DNA of 62,723 nt from Octopus bimaculoides. Lineage: Eukaryota. The notes below the pieces were generated by a model that was not told where the DNA came from, did not search any database, and saw only the letters and a list, made by a program, of their open reading frames with translations. The position numbers were made by a program, and so were the translations under genes. Shown here piece after piece: positions 26,718-39,617 of this stretch; positions within the stretch are counted from its first letter, which is position 1, and each line of letters opens with the position of its first letter. The stretch lies in the NCBI RefSeq assembly GCF_001194135.2, contig NC_068993.1, forward strand, positions 58,975,024 through 59,037,746, given 5' to 3'.

Positions 26718-26943
26718 CTCTTTAAGCATTCAGAATACTCTGTCAAATCTAATGCTCATTTATTCACATTGCTTTGAATTAACCATAGATTATCTTGTAG
26801 ATCTGACATTTCAATGATCTGATTATTTGTTTTTAGAATAGAATGACATTGGAGGATAGGTGTGAAAGGCCAGATATGACCAGTTAGAATATAAAACAGA
26901 AGCTATGTTATGACCGGTTATGGCTGGTTTAGACACTAAAGAA
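26718..26943. mobile_element. piggyBac-like MITE
   Basis: TTAA on both sides and degenerate TIRs. A related reverse copy at 18667-18884 interrupts a SINE. Confidence 0.62.
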
Positions 26944-27659
26944 TTAATATGTATGTTTTTAGTCCCCAGGAATATCACTGAGCTGAATTTTAATGAAATG
27001 TTGCTTGGATAGAAAGGAATGCATTCAAGAATGGTAACAGGAATGGTTTACCGTAATTTCTACAAGATGTGCCTCACACAACCTGATTGCCTGTTATTTT
27101 CTTCACGAGTAATGTTTATTAAATAAATAATTTATGGATCTGTCTTAGAATTCAACAGCACTATGGTTGGGTAGTATTCCTGGGTGTCTTGAACATTAAT
27201 TTATCTTTATTTATTTCAACATTAAGTTCTTTCAAACAATTGTTTTAAGTTCATTGACCAATGTATGTATACGTTTGTGTGTGTATAGATATATTTGTAC
27301 AAACACATGTATGCAGTATTCCCTATCTGAAGAAATAGTAATATTTTCAAGGAAATCTAACAAAACAACACTGTGAAAAGGTTCAATGAATATATATGTC
27401 TACAAACATGCACATGTGTATGCATATATGTACGTATGATTGTGTACATAAGTGTGTGTGTGTGTGTGTGTGCATATATATATATAGACAGATATATGTA
27501 TATGCATAGATATATATGTGTATCGATGTATATACAAGTATACACACATACATATACATATATATATAGATATATATATATGTATATGTAAATATAATAT
27601 TATCAGTATATACATGTATGTATATAAATATATTTAAATATAATCATTTTATACATATA

Positions 27660-27715
<56 letters not shown>

Positions 27716-28436
27716 TATATCTACAGATATATGTTGCTTTAAGACTATGTATGTATATATAAAATTTTTATGAAACAAAAGGCGGTGCTCCAGCATGGCC
27801 GCAGTCAAATGACTGAAACAAGTAAAAGAGAAATGTATGTAGATGTATATGTGTGTGCACATATTTGTATATATGTATGTCAGAATTTACAAACAGCAGA
27901 AGATAATTATTCAATACATGTTGCTTAATACATGTTGCTTAATACATGTAGTGGTGACATTGATTCATTTACATCTAAATCGAGGCATTGCTACTGTCAG
28001 TTTCACTTTTCTATTATTTCTCCTCATTTATTCTGAAGAGCAGACATAGTGGAAACTTTATATAATGAGTAAGTGAGGCCACAACATGGAATATATCGAT
28101 GTATGCATATGAAAGTGTACATTTCTCTCTTTGTGTGTGTGTGTGTGTATGTGTGTTTATATGCGCTTTTGCAAATGTGGACGCATGAAGTTCGATGCAG
28201 AGGGTGATTGAGAAAATGGTCTTTTGTAGAATTTTAAACCAATAAAAGATAATAAAAAAAAAACAAATAAAAATTTTGAAATGCCTATTGTTGCTCTCAT
28301 GTGCTCTCATATGTCTTGTTGACCAATGTAATCCCCTGTATCTATGTTATATCATGATGGGTTTGTCATTTCTCAGGAGATGAAAAATTTATACGTATAC
28401 ATGTATAAATATATTTATATATACATATATATATGT

Positions 28437-28478
<42 letters not shown>

Positions 28479-28565
28479 GATCTGTTTTATTCTGTTTTTA
28501 TTTCCTCTCAGTTTATCATATATTTTATTTTTATTTCTATTGTTATTATTATTATTATCATTATT

Positions 28566-28607
<42 letters not shown>

Positions 28608-28778
28608 GTTATCACCAATACTACTACTGCTACTACATTTATGACGACGACTATTATTATTATTACTGTTACGATTATTTTGGTTTAAGATTATGAAAAC
28701 AAAAAAACATTTGTGTGATTTGTGTATATAAATATATATATGTATGCATGTTATATGAATATGTGTGTTTGCTTGTGC

Positions 28779-28812
<34 letters not shown>

Positions 28813-29397
28813 TCGTGCGTAGTTTCTTGTATATATATATACTTAGAGGCGTGTATGTGTGTATATCCATGGATGAGTGTGTCTGTATGTTTGTGTGAGT
28901 ATGAATACTTAAATACTTACATAAGAGTGTGTATATATATGTATATATATATATGTATGTATGTGTATATATATGTATATATAATCTCCATGAGTATGCA
29001 TGCTCCTCTGCATGTAAGTGTATGTGTGTATGGGTCTATATTACCCCAGCCCACCTCCACAAAAACTGGAAAAAAATGAAATGAAAATTATAAAAATAAA
29101 TTTTAAGCAATTTATAACAATTATCTTTTTTTCCTCTTATTATTTCATTTCATTTCACATCTCAGCAATATTTCTTTCTTTTATTTATTTTTTGAAATAA
29201 AGATGTTCATTTTTTCTTTCTTTTTCTTTTCTTTCTTTCCTTTCGTTTTTTTTTTCTTGAAAGTTCTAAGTTTTCACTTTTACAAATGCATACACACATA
29301 CATACATATGCCCATGTATCCATAAACTTAAGGAAAATGCAAATACCGTTTTTAAGGACCTGTAACCATTACATTTCATCATATGTCAAAGGAGACC

Positions 29398-29765
29398 ATC
29401 ACCATCATTATCATTTAACATCTGTTGTCCATGAGTTGGATGGTTTGACCAGGGCTGGTAAGCTGAGGGGCTGCACCAGACTCCAGTCTGATTTGGCATG
29501 ATTTCTATGGCTGGACACCCTTCCTAATGCCAACCAATCCAAGAGTGTTACAAGGTGCTTTACATGCCACCTGTGCCAGTGGTATGGCACCAGTATCTGC
29601 CATGACTATGGTTTCTCTTGGCTTTAAGGGTCTTCGACTTAAGCACGGCATTTCATCAAGTGTCTCGCTCATTTGTTAGTCCCTGCGTGAGGCCCAACAC
29701 TCGAATGGTGCTTTTTACGTGCCACTGGCACAGGTGCCAGTTACGTGACACCAGTATTGGCCATG
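29398..29765 (-). mobile_element. Older RTE 3'-UTR copy, antisense
   Basis: catcatcattatcatttaacatctg... start and tggacacccttcctaatgccaacc core. Confidence 0.75.
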
Positions 29766-30039
29766 CCAAAACAACACTGAAACCCTTGAAACCTCCGAGA
29801 TTTGGCTGAAATTGACAAATATCTTTTGCTTGCTTCGGTCATTAGACTGTGGCCATGCTGGAGCAATGCCTTGAAAAATTTTTTGTCAAATGAATTGACT
29901 CCATTACTTGTTTTTTTTTTAAAGCCTAGCACTTATTCTATCTATCTCTTTTGCTGAACCACTAAGTTGCAGGGATGTAAACACACCAACACCAGCTGTC
30001 AAGTGGTGGTGGAAGAACCAACACAGCCACACACTAACA

Positions 30040-30091
<52 letters not shown>

Positions 30092-30174
30092 ATGGGCTTC
30101 TTTCAATTTCCTACTTTCAAATTCACTCACAAGGCTTTGGTCAGCCCAGGGCTATAGTAGAAGACACTTGCCCA

Positions 30175-30464
30175 AGACCTCTTTAAAATATTGAGGAGGA
30201 AAAGCCTCGTTTTTAAGGGCGAAACCTTAGGGGATTATCTCCCTTTGCCATTGTCCTGTGATCTTCGGCTGCGCTGCCATTTTGGTGGTCACCAAAGCAC
30301 CAAGAAGGTAAACGATTGTCTCCCTTTAGCCTTGGTTATTAGTTTCCAGCTGTGGTGCCGCCATGCAGATTCCAAAATCGGATTCCAATAGCAAAGGGAG
30401 ATAATCACCTTGGGTTTTACCCTTAAAAACGAGGCTTTTTCCCCTCCTTATTTTAAAGAGGTCT
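30175..30464. mobile_element. Long-TIR foldback element
   Basis: 79-bp inverted arms 30175-30253 / 30386-30464 around a GC-richer 132-bp spacer. Confidence 0.75.
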
Positions 30465-31251
30465 CAGGCCAGCAGTGTTCGCGGTCTGAAGATACACTGT
30501 AAGGTCAAACCCCTTATGCGCGAGAAACCCTGGGTAACCCCATAAACTGGCCTACCCCACTATAATACACACGTATATATATATTTGAACAATGATGCTC
30601 AAATAGAATCTTTGACTTTTCTCATCCAAAGATTTACACAGTTTCCATCAGCAAAGTAATTCTCATCATATTGATTAACCTGAGGATTCTTGATTCAAAG
30701 TGCTGCACAGTGGGACTGAACCAGAAACCAAGTGGTTGCAAAGCGTACTTCTTAACCACAGACCATGCGTGCAATTTTTCTTACATATTTTCTTTTTTTT
30801 TTTTTTAAGACCTTAATTTTTTTTCTTATATGATTAGGTGTGATTTGAAGGAGATTTTCTTGCTACTGTCTCTAGAAACCACAAAGAGTTTCTATGGTGG
30901 TGGTCACCATTGAACACAGGTAAACTTCCTCAGAAAAACCAAAACAGCATCACAGTTTCAATACCATGTTACAGCCATTTCACTTCACGGCATTAACCCT
31001 CAAACTGTAGGGTATAATAGTCAATTAATCTTAAGCAAGTGAATCAACAATACATCCTCACGACCAATACTGATGTCATAGCGACCCTGGTTGATTGATC
31101 GACAAGATTAATTCCATCTGGATTTGAACTCAAAATCAAACAGTGTTTCTGTGGAATAAATGGGTTTTGTTTTTAAAGAAAATGAAAAGAAAAGATGAAA
31201 TAAAAAAAAAGGAAAAAAATATTGGTTTAATAAAAATGGGGAAAATATTTG

Positions 31252-31285
<34 letters not shown>

Positions 31286-31428
31286 GACAATAATGTTTTC
31301 TAACTTTGGTATGAGGCCACAAATGTGGAAGAGTATAGTTCATTTGGTGTATTTTAGGTTCTTAACTGTTAAATACACAGGCACACATTATACATATATG
31401 TCTCATGTACACAAATATCTATTATGTA

Positions 31429-31460
<32 letters not shown>

Positions 31461-31629
31461 GGTTTTATGTGTGTGTGTGATATTTATATATTGATACATA
31501 CATTATATATATGACAGAAAGTCAAGGAGTAAATTTTGGTGTGAGTTTTGGTGCAGAAAATATTTTTAAAAATAAGGATAAAATTAAGAATAAAGGGAAC
31601 ACAACTAGCAAAACAAATTAATAATGATC

Positions 31630-33045
31630 TGGTAAGGTAGGATAGGGGCTAGTCACCTGCTTAGTTAATCAGGTTATTCAGAAAGGTATAATACTCAGTG
31701 ACTGATGTAGCAGCAAACTGATGTACAGAGATGATGTCCATAAGGTCACAAGTACAGCAAAGAATTTAGTGTACAGTGTTCATCAAGGTTCAGTCCTGAG
31801 TCCCCTCCTTTTAATCATTGTCCTCCAGGACATAGCAGAAGAATATAAGAATGACAGCCCCTTGGAGTTATTATATGCTAATGATCTTGTCATCATAGCA
31901 GATTCTGTGTCAGAGCTAGAAAAGAAATTTCACGAGTGGAAGTAAAACCTGGAATTTAAGGGCCTTAAGGTTAACTTAGTAAAGACTAAGGTCTCAGTAA
32001 GCAAGAAAACAAACACGACCCTGCCCACTCCAGGTAAGCAGCCCTGCTTAATTTGTAGGCAGGAATTCCAGATGGTGTATCAAGTGCAAGCTATGGACAC
32101 ACAAGAGGTGCAATGGAAGAATAGGAAGGTTGTCACAGAAAGTAGCCATCATATGTGGAAGATGCACAGGAGCCATAAAAACTACAGATACTCTGGGAAT
32201 TGATTTTCTCAAATGCCCCAGAGGCTCTTTAGGGGTAGTGGATAATTTCTGCTACCTAGAGAACCAAATTAGTACTTGAGAGGGATCTACAGAGAGTGTA
32301 ATAGCTAAAATAAGAATAAAATGGAGAAAATTCAGAGAGATTTTACCTCCGTTGGCAAACAAAGGGTTCTCTCTCTCTCTCTCTTTGAGTGAAAGGAAGA
32401 TTATACGATGCATGCATACTGCAATTCTACATGGTAGTGCAACGTGGGACCTGATTGCAGAGGACACGTGAAGATTTGAGAGGAGTGAGGCCAGTATGCT
32501 CCACTGGATGTGTAATACAAATGTACTTGTGCAACTGAGAGCTAGTGTATTGAGAAAGAAGTAAAGCATAAAAGGAATTAGATGCAGTGTGCTGGTTTGG
32601 TCATGTGATGCAGATGGATGCCAACAGTTCCATAAAGAAGTACCGATCTCTCAAAGTGGATGGATCTTGTGGAAGATGGAGACCCAGGAAGACATGGGAT
32701 GAAGTACTGAAAGGTGGTGACCTTAGAATACTGAAGCTTTCAGACAAGTTGACAAAGAACCGAGATACTTGGTGCCTTGCTGCATTCAAGAAGATTTGCC
32801 CTCCACAGCATAAGTGTTAAGGCTACATCTACTGGTGAAGAGGGGGAGTTTACAAGGGTCCTGTGCCAGTGCCACATAAAAAGCTCCCAGCACACACTGT
32901 AAAGTGGGTGGCACTAGGAATGGCATCCATTTGTAGAAACCAAGCTGAATCAGACTGGAACCCAGTGCAGCTCTGGCCAAACTGTCCAACCCATGCTAGC
33001 ATGGAAAACGGACTTTAAAAGGTGATAGGGATGATGACAATGATA
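31630..33045 (+). mobile_element. Decayed RTE-clade LINE (RT domain, ORF2 C-terminus and 3' UTR/tail)
   Basis: VHQGSVLSPLLLIIVLQ...LELLYANDLVIIAD (RT motifs) and WFGHVMQM...GRWRPRKTWDEV, with stops and frameshifts. It ends in the ccatgctagcatgg...(GAT)n-type tail. Confidence 0.9.
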
Positions 33046-33351
33046 ATAATGACCTCCAGGAAGATTCCTCCAGCTTTAAATATTCTTAGATATTTCTGAT
33101 AAATTCTCACTCAACAAATATTGTCCAGTGGCTGAAAGGACCTATTATCAAAGACATCCTGGCCATGACCAGAGTCCACTGTGCACAATATATATCATCC
33201 TCTCGTAATCTGAAGGAGAATTTAACTGCTACTTTTAGCTGCTTGAGTAGCAATATAGAGCATCATCATTGGATCACACCTTGATGATGTGGGGCATTTT
33301 CATGGACAAGAACTGGTATTAGTTGTTACTGCTTTCTTATTTCTTCTTCTT

Positions 33352-33453
<102 letters not shown>

Positions 33454-34140
33454 ATCATCATCATCATTATTATTAGGGACAGTACATTGGCTGAAATGTC
33501 AGTGTATGAATCAGAAATCACTGTTGTTATTATTGTTCGGCAGAAAGCTGGCAGAATCATTAGCACCCTGGACAAAATGCTTAGTGGTATTTTACCCATC
33601 GCTACGTTCTGAGTTCAAATTTCACTGGGGTCGACTATGCCTTTCATCCTTTCAGGGCCAACAACATAAGTACCAGTTACACACTGATTTCAATGAAATC
33701 AACTTAATCCCTTCTCCCAAATTTGAAGCCTTGTGCTTTCAGTAGAAAGGATTATTATTATTATTATTATTATTATTATTGTCATTGTTACCATCATCAT
33801 CATCATTATTATTAGGAACATTGGCTGAAATGTTAACATATCAGACAGAAATACATTGTAGTCTCATTTCAGTTACCACCAAGGTGAACTTAGACTTCCA
33901 TCATTCTTGAATGCATTGTTAGAATAAAGTACCAGTCATGTACTGGGACTAATTTAATCAGTTAATCCATCTCCATCAAAGCTTTATGGCCTTGTGACTG
34001 CATCAGAAATCATTGTTGTTATTATCTAAGGGTTACAGCAGGGAGCTGATTCCAGGTAAACGGGACCAGATAATATAATTAGAAAGAACATCAGAGTAAA
34101 AGCTTCAGACTCTCTTACCTCTTACATATGTCTATGTATA

Positions 34141-34190
<50 letters not shown>

Positions 34191-34495
34191 TGTATATGTA
34201 TGTGTGTGTGTTGTGTGTGGGTGTGCGTGTGTATGTGTGTGTGTATATATATATGAGTGTATGTGTGCATATGCATGTATGTGTATGTGTGTATATATAT
34301 GTGTATGAATGTGTGCATGTGTGTATATATGTATGTGTGTTGTGCATATATGTGTGTGTGTATGTGTGCATGTGTGTGCATATGTATGTGTGTGTTGTGT
34401 GTGCGTGTGTGTGTGTGCACGTGTATGTGCATCTGTGTATATATACATCTGTGTGTATGTGTGCATGTGTGTGTATATGCATGTGTGTGTTTACA

Positions 34496-34526
<31 letters not shown>

Positions 34527-34714
34527 TGTGTTGTGTGTAGCTGTGTGGTAAGAAGCTTGCTTCCCAACCACATGGTTCCGGGTTCAGTCACATTGAGTGG
34601 CACCTTGGACAAGTGTCTTCTTCTATAGCCTCAGGCCCACCAAAGTGTGAGTGCCATATCAACCTTTCCCAGAAGTCTTGTATCTTAAATGCTTACTAGT
34701 ATATCTAAGAATAG

Positions 34715-34900
34715 TTAGGCACTTCTGCTAGATTTATCCTTTGTGAGTGTGATATAGGCGCTTTGAATGGTAATGAAATGTTTACTGGCAATTTCCTTCA
34801 TCTTGGGGTCTTTGTGTCTGTCGGGATGCCATTCTTTGACCAGTTTTCGGTAACTGCTTTTGATTTCTTGCAAAGATGCGTTATGATGTAAACCAAGTAC
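34715..34900 (-). CDS. DNAJC22: DNAJC22 coding exon 3; J domain
   Basis: Acceptor ttttggaacag|GTA, then VLGLHHNASLQEIKSSYRKLVKEWHPDRHKD...FITIQSAYITL...* with the HPD motif. The spliced CDS is 1044 nt = 347 aa. Confidence 0.94.
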   Translation of the reverse strand, partial: VLGLHHNASLQEIKSSYRKLVKEWHPDRHKDPKMKEIASKHFITIQSAYITLTKDKSSRSA

Positions 34901-35215
34901 CTGTTCCAAAATATTAAAAAAAAAATAAGCAAGCATATAGACATGTATGTATGTGTTATTTCTTTACTACCCACAAGGGGCTACATACAGAGGGGACAAA
35001 CAAAGACAGACAAACAGATTAAGTCAATTATATCGACCCCAGTGCGTAACTGGTACTTATTTAATCGACCCCGAAAGGATGAAAGGCAAAGTCGACCTCG
35101 GCGGAATTTGAACTCAGAACGTAGCGGCAGACGAAATACTGCTAAGCATGTATGTATGCGTGCATGTATACATGTGTATGTGTGCACGTGCATGTGTGTG
35201 TTTGTGTGTGTATGC

Positions 35216-35251
<36 letters not shown>

Positions 35252-35751
35252 TTTATCTTTTATTTTTTAGTTGTTTCAGTCACTTGACCACGACCATACT
35301 GGGGCACACCCTTCAAGGGTTTTACAGGAACAAATTAATCCCAGGACGTCTTTTGTTGAGTCGCATATTTATTTTATCACTCTCTTTTGCCAAACTGCTA
35401 AGTTACAGAGACATAAACACACCAATATTGGTCGTCAAGCAGTGCCGGGAGACAAACACAGACACAAAGACACACAGACACAAAGACACAAAGACACACA
35501 TAGCTCGTATCTGTTTTAATAAAAGGTTGAAATTTAAAAAGTAATGGGAGATAACTAAGTGATGAATCTTTTTCAAAGATCAGACAACTCTTGGCTTACC
35601 ACATGAATTTATCCGAGTTGAATTGTGATTTGAACATGATTGTACTTCTAAACAGATACACACGTATAAGATAATAGCTTTCAAACAACGAAAAAAAACA
35701 GAGAAACGAGACATGCAACATAAAGAGTATAACCTTCGTCAGTGGTCCCTA

Positions 35752-35779
<28 letters not shown>

Positions 35780-35784
<5 letters not shown>

Positions 35785-36128
35785 TATACAAAATGTGTAG
35801 TATTAAATATCCATCATGGCTGGTCTTACCAATCGGTTTTGCGTAAAGAATATAATGGAGTGTTAGGCAACAAATCGATTATATAACTTAACGCTCATCA
35901 GAGTTTGCCGATATGGAAGTGAATATAGCGACTGCTCTCTATTGTCGGTGGTGGATTAGCACAACCCCCAAAATAGTCGCCATATTCCCTTCCATATCAG
36001 CTAACTCTGATGAGCGTAAAGTTATATAATCGGCTTGTTACCTAACACTCCATTATATTCTTTACGCGAAACCGATTGGTAAGACCAGCCGTGACAGATA
36101 TATAATATTATACATTTCAGATAATATA
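35780..36128. mobile_element. Foldback/MITE in DNAJC22 intron 2
   Basis: 154-bp inverted arms 35780-35933 / 35975-36128 with a 41-nt spacer. Confidence 0.8.
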
Positions 36129-36351
36129 CCCTCTCTACTGACAGATATGCGAGTGCATCTTTTCCCTGACTTATGGTCTTTTAAACAACTCACGCACGTA
36201 TACACGCGCGTGCACGCACACATATTGTCTTTTATTTTTTTCACGTTTCAGTGATTAGGTTGCAGTCATACTGGGGCACAGCTGCTTTGAAGAATTTTTA
36301 GTCGAATGAATCGATCCTAGACCCTTTTTTAAAGCCTGGTATTTATTATAG

Positions 36352-36662
36352 TGAAGGCACATGACCTAGTAGTTAGGGTTTTGGGATCGCGATCCTAAGG
36401 TCATGAGTTCAATTCCCAGCGACGCGTTGTGACCTTGAGCAAGACTCTTTATTTCACGATGCTCCAGTCCACTCAGCTATAGAAAATGAGTTGTACCTGT
36501 ATTTCAAAGGGCCAGCTTTGTTGCATTTTGTGTCACACTGAATCTCTTCGAGAACTAGGTTAAGAGCACATGTGTCTATGGAGTGCTCAGCCACTTACAC
36601 GTTAATTTCACGAGCGGGCTGTTCCGCTGATCGGATCAAATGGAACCCTTGCCGTCGTAACC

Positions 36663-36663
<1 letters not shown>
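36352..36663 (+). mobile_element. tRNA-derived SINE with central cttgagcaagac...ctccagtccactcagct domain
   Basis: B-box GAGTTCAATTCC. Partial reverse copies lie at ~3315-3480, ~12650-12910, ~54020-54215 and ~56950-57110. Confidence 0.8.
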
Positions 36664-36709
<46 letters not shown>

Positions 36710-36814
36710 TTGTATGTAGATAGACGCTTTCTCACACACCTACAAACACACATACACACAACTACACACACACACAACAACACACAAACACACACACATT
36801 GAAGAGAGAAATAC

Positions 36815-37284
36815 CTTGTAAGCATTGTGGATACCGTCGGAGTCAAATATCTTCCATACAGCTTCAGCAAGATTGTACCAACCGTACTGTGTACCATACT
36901 CAAAGAGAAACCAAACCGATTCTTTCGTTTCTTCCCATGCTGGTGACGCAAGAAACGTAGAGATTACTTCGGACAATTTCCGTTCTTCTCCGTTGCTGTT
37001 TGTGACCGTAATGTTGTGACAAATAACCGAGACCCACAACATAAGGTAGATACAGCAGAATATTGTTATTCGTAAAGTTCGTTTCGGGCAACTGGTCCGA
37101 GAACGACGATGCATTGTTTTAGACCATTTGTTGCCCTTGTAGTTGAGAAGAGCCGTAGAAATCAGCGAAGAATATATGATTTGGGTTGGATTGTTCCAAT
37201 AGAAAGGAACTCCGAGGAAGGAACCGATGAGTGAGAGTTTCAAGTCGCCCTCTTGGTCACCAATGTTGGCTACCAGCATCACGC
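36815..37284 (-). CDS. DNAJC22: DNAJC22 coding exon 2 (membrane segments)
   Basis: Acceptor tatattacag|GCGTG continues the phase (YG|[12 protein letters not shown]). 470 nt open; donor TACAAG|gtattt, phase 0. Confidence 0.92.
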
Positions 37285-37618
37285 CTGTAATATAGTAAAA
37301 TAAAATTGAGATGTAAGTACCAGAAAGACCGACCCATAGCATTAACCAAAAAGTGACATCATATATAATGTTTAATATAACATAGAAACAGACGTTAAAC
37401 GACCACAACGACGATGATGATGATGATATATATATACATATATTTACATATATATGCATATATACATATATATATATTACGGAGATGTACTTGCATAGCA
37501 AGTGACCTGATCTGAGATCGTGTGCTGGAACGAAAACAATTGCAGCGTGGAAGGTGTTTATAAGCCATTTAAAATAACACGCAAAAGGCGTCAGATTCAC
37601 TTCAACATTTAAATTTAA

Positions 37619-37669
37619 TTTGCCAAAATATTTTCGTCGCTTTGAGACCGCGACCTCTTCACTGACAAA
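37619..37669 (-). ncRNA. Hammerhead-like motif in a second repeat family (element ~37470-37685)
   Basis: UUUGUCA-GUGAAGA-G-GUCGC/GCGAC-GAA-AAUAUU-U-UGGCAAA: 7-bp stem I, 5-bp stem II and a palindromic stem III; C3 is replaced by G. Confidence 0.5.
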
Positions 37670-38011
37670 ATTCTGTGCTGCATTTATATATATATATATA
37701 TATATATAGCTAGCATGGAAAGCGGACGTTAAACGATGATGATGATGATAATGATATATGTATATATATAATTCTTACAGATATAGGGTGAAAATTAATA
37801 ATTAATAATTAGTAATTTTACCAAGTAGTTCAGTGTGTTAAAAAACCATTAACGGTAAACTTATACAAAAGTTTTATTATCATAAACATAATTAAAACTA
37901 TTATTTATATTGTGGTAGTGAAATAGTAGTTTTAACTGCTAATTCTAATTTCGGAGTGTGGTGAAGCAATTTTTGCTGAACCCTAATTTTAATTATGTAT
38001 ATATATATATA

Positions 38012-38757
38012 NNNNNNNNNNNNNNNNNNNNNNNNNNNNNNNNNNNNNNNNNNNNNNNNNNNNNNNNNNNNNNNNNNNNNNNNNNNNNNNNNNNNNNNNN
38101 NNNNNNNNNNNNNNNNNNNNNNNNNNNNNNNNNNNNNNNNNNNNNNNNNNNNNNNNNNNNNNNNNNNNNNNNNNNNNNNNNNNNNNNNNNNNNNNNNNNN
38201 NNNNNNNNNNNNNNNNNNNNNNNNNNNNNNNNNNNNNNNNNNNNNNNNNNNNNNNNNNNNNNNNNNNNNNNNNNNNNNNNNNNNNNNNNNNNNNNNNNNN
38301 NNNNNNNNNNNNNNNNNNNNNNNNNNNNNNNNNNNNNNNNNNNNNNNNNNNNNNNNNNNNNNNNNNNNNNNNNNNNNNNNNNNNNNNNNNNNNNNNNNNN
38401 NNNNNNNNNNNNNNNNNNNNNNNNNNNNNNNNNNNNNNNNNNNNNNNNNNNNNNNNNNNNNNNNNNNNNNNNNNNNNNNNNNNNNNNNNNNNNNNNNNNN
38501 NNNNNNNNNNNNNNNNNNNNNNNNNNNNNNNNNNNNNNNNNNNNNNNNNNNNNNNNNNNNNNNNNNNNNNNNNNNNNNNNNNNNNNNNNNNNNNNNNNNN
38601 NNNNNNNNNNNNNNNNNNNNNNNNNNNNNNNNNNNNNNNNNNNNNNNNNNNNNNNNNNNNNNNNNNNNNNNNNNNNNNNNNNNNNNNNNNNNNNNNNNNN
38701 NNNNNNNNNNNNNNNNNNNNNNNNNNNNNNNNNNNNNNNNNNNNNNNNNNNNNNNNN
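38012..38757. other. Assembly gap (others: 39618-40401, 44499-44508, 46606-46887, 55881-56269, 59681-59690)
   Basis: N runs, mostly flanked by microsatellites. Confidence 0.99.
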
Positions 38758-38762
38758 ATATA

Positions 38763-38804
<42 letters not shown>

Positions 38805-39049
38805 ATGGTATGTATTTACTTTTCTACATACCAATTTATATAACTTTTCTATGAACCTTTCTACCAATCTCCCTACCCGACTACCAAGCAATTTTCCCAC
38901 CTAACTACTTGCCTACTTAGAAATCCACCTTGCTACCTACCTGACTACCAATCTATATAATTACATACTTTCCTACTCACCTACCAGTATACCAACCTAT
39001 GTAAGTATGTATGTATGTATGTATGTATATGCATGAATGTATTTATGTA

Positions 39050-39095
<46 letters not shown>

Positions 39096-39549
39096 CTCTT
39101 TTTAATTTTGAATAAATTTTCAGCAGCCACCTGCTTGATACCCAGGTTGTGAAAGAAATGTGTATGATTCTTCTTTGAGTTTAATTTGGGGAAGTTCGCA
39201 CCAGTTGCTAACAAAGCAGCAAGATTTTTGAGTTTAAGTCAGTTCCTGGTGTTTGTAAATATGTAGCTGTATGTATGTATGTGTGTTTGTATGTATGTAG
39301 CTGTATGTATGTATGTGTGTTTGTATGTATGTACATATGTATATAGGTTAGTAGGTAGATAGGTTGGTAGATAGGTAAGATAGGGAAGGTAGGGAAGTAG
39401 ATGGAGGGAGGGGTGGATGGATGGATTGGGTTAAAGACATCATGGAGACAAATAAAGAGAACATATTGTGCTTGGGTCAATTGGGTCAATAGAGTGATGG
39501 TGAAAGAGTAGGAGAGCTAGAAGGAGAGAAAGAGGAAAAGAAAGGAATG

Positions 39550-39617
<68 letters not shown>

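Noticed and set aside
35700-35750. CUGACGA-A-GG on the minus strand resembling a hammerhead start
   Set aside because: No closing stem II or GAAA at a compatible distance.
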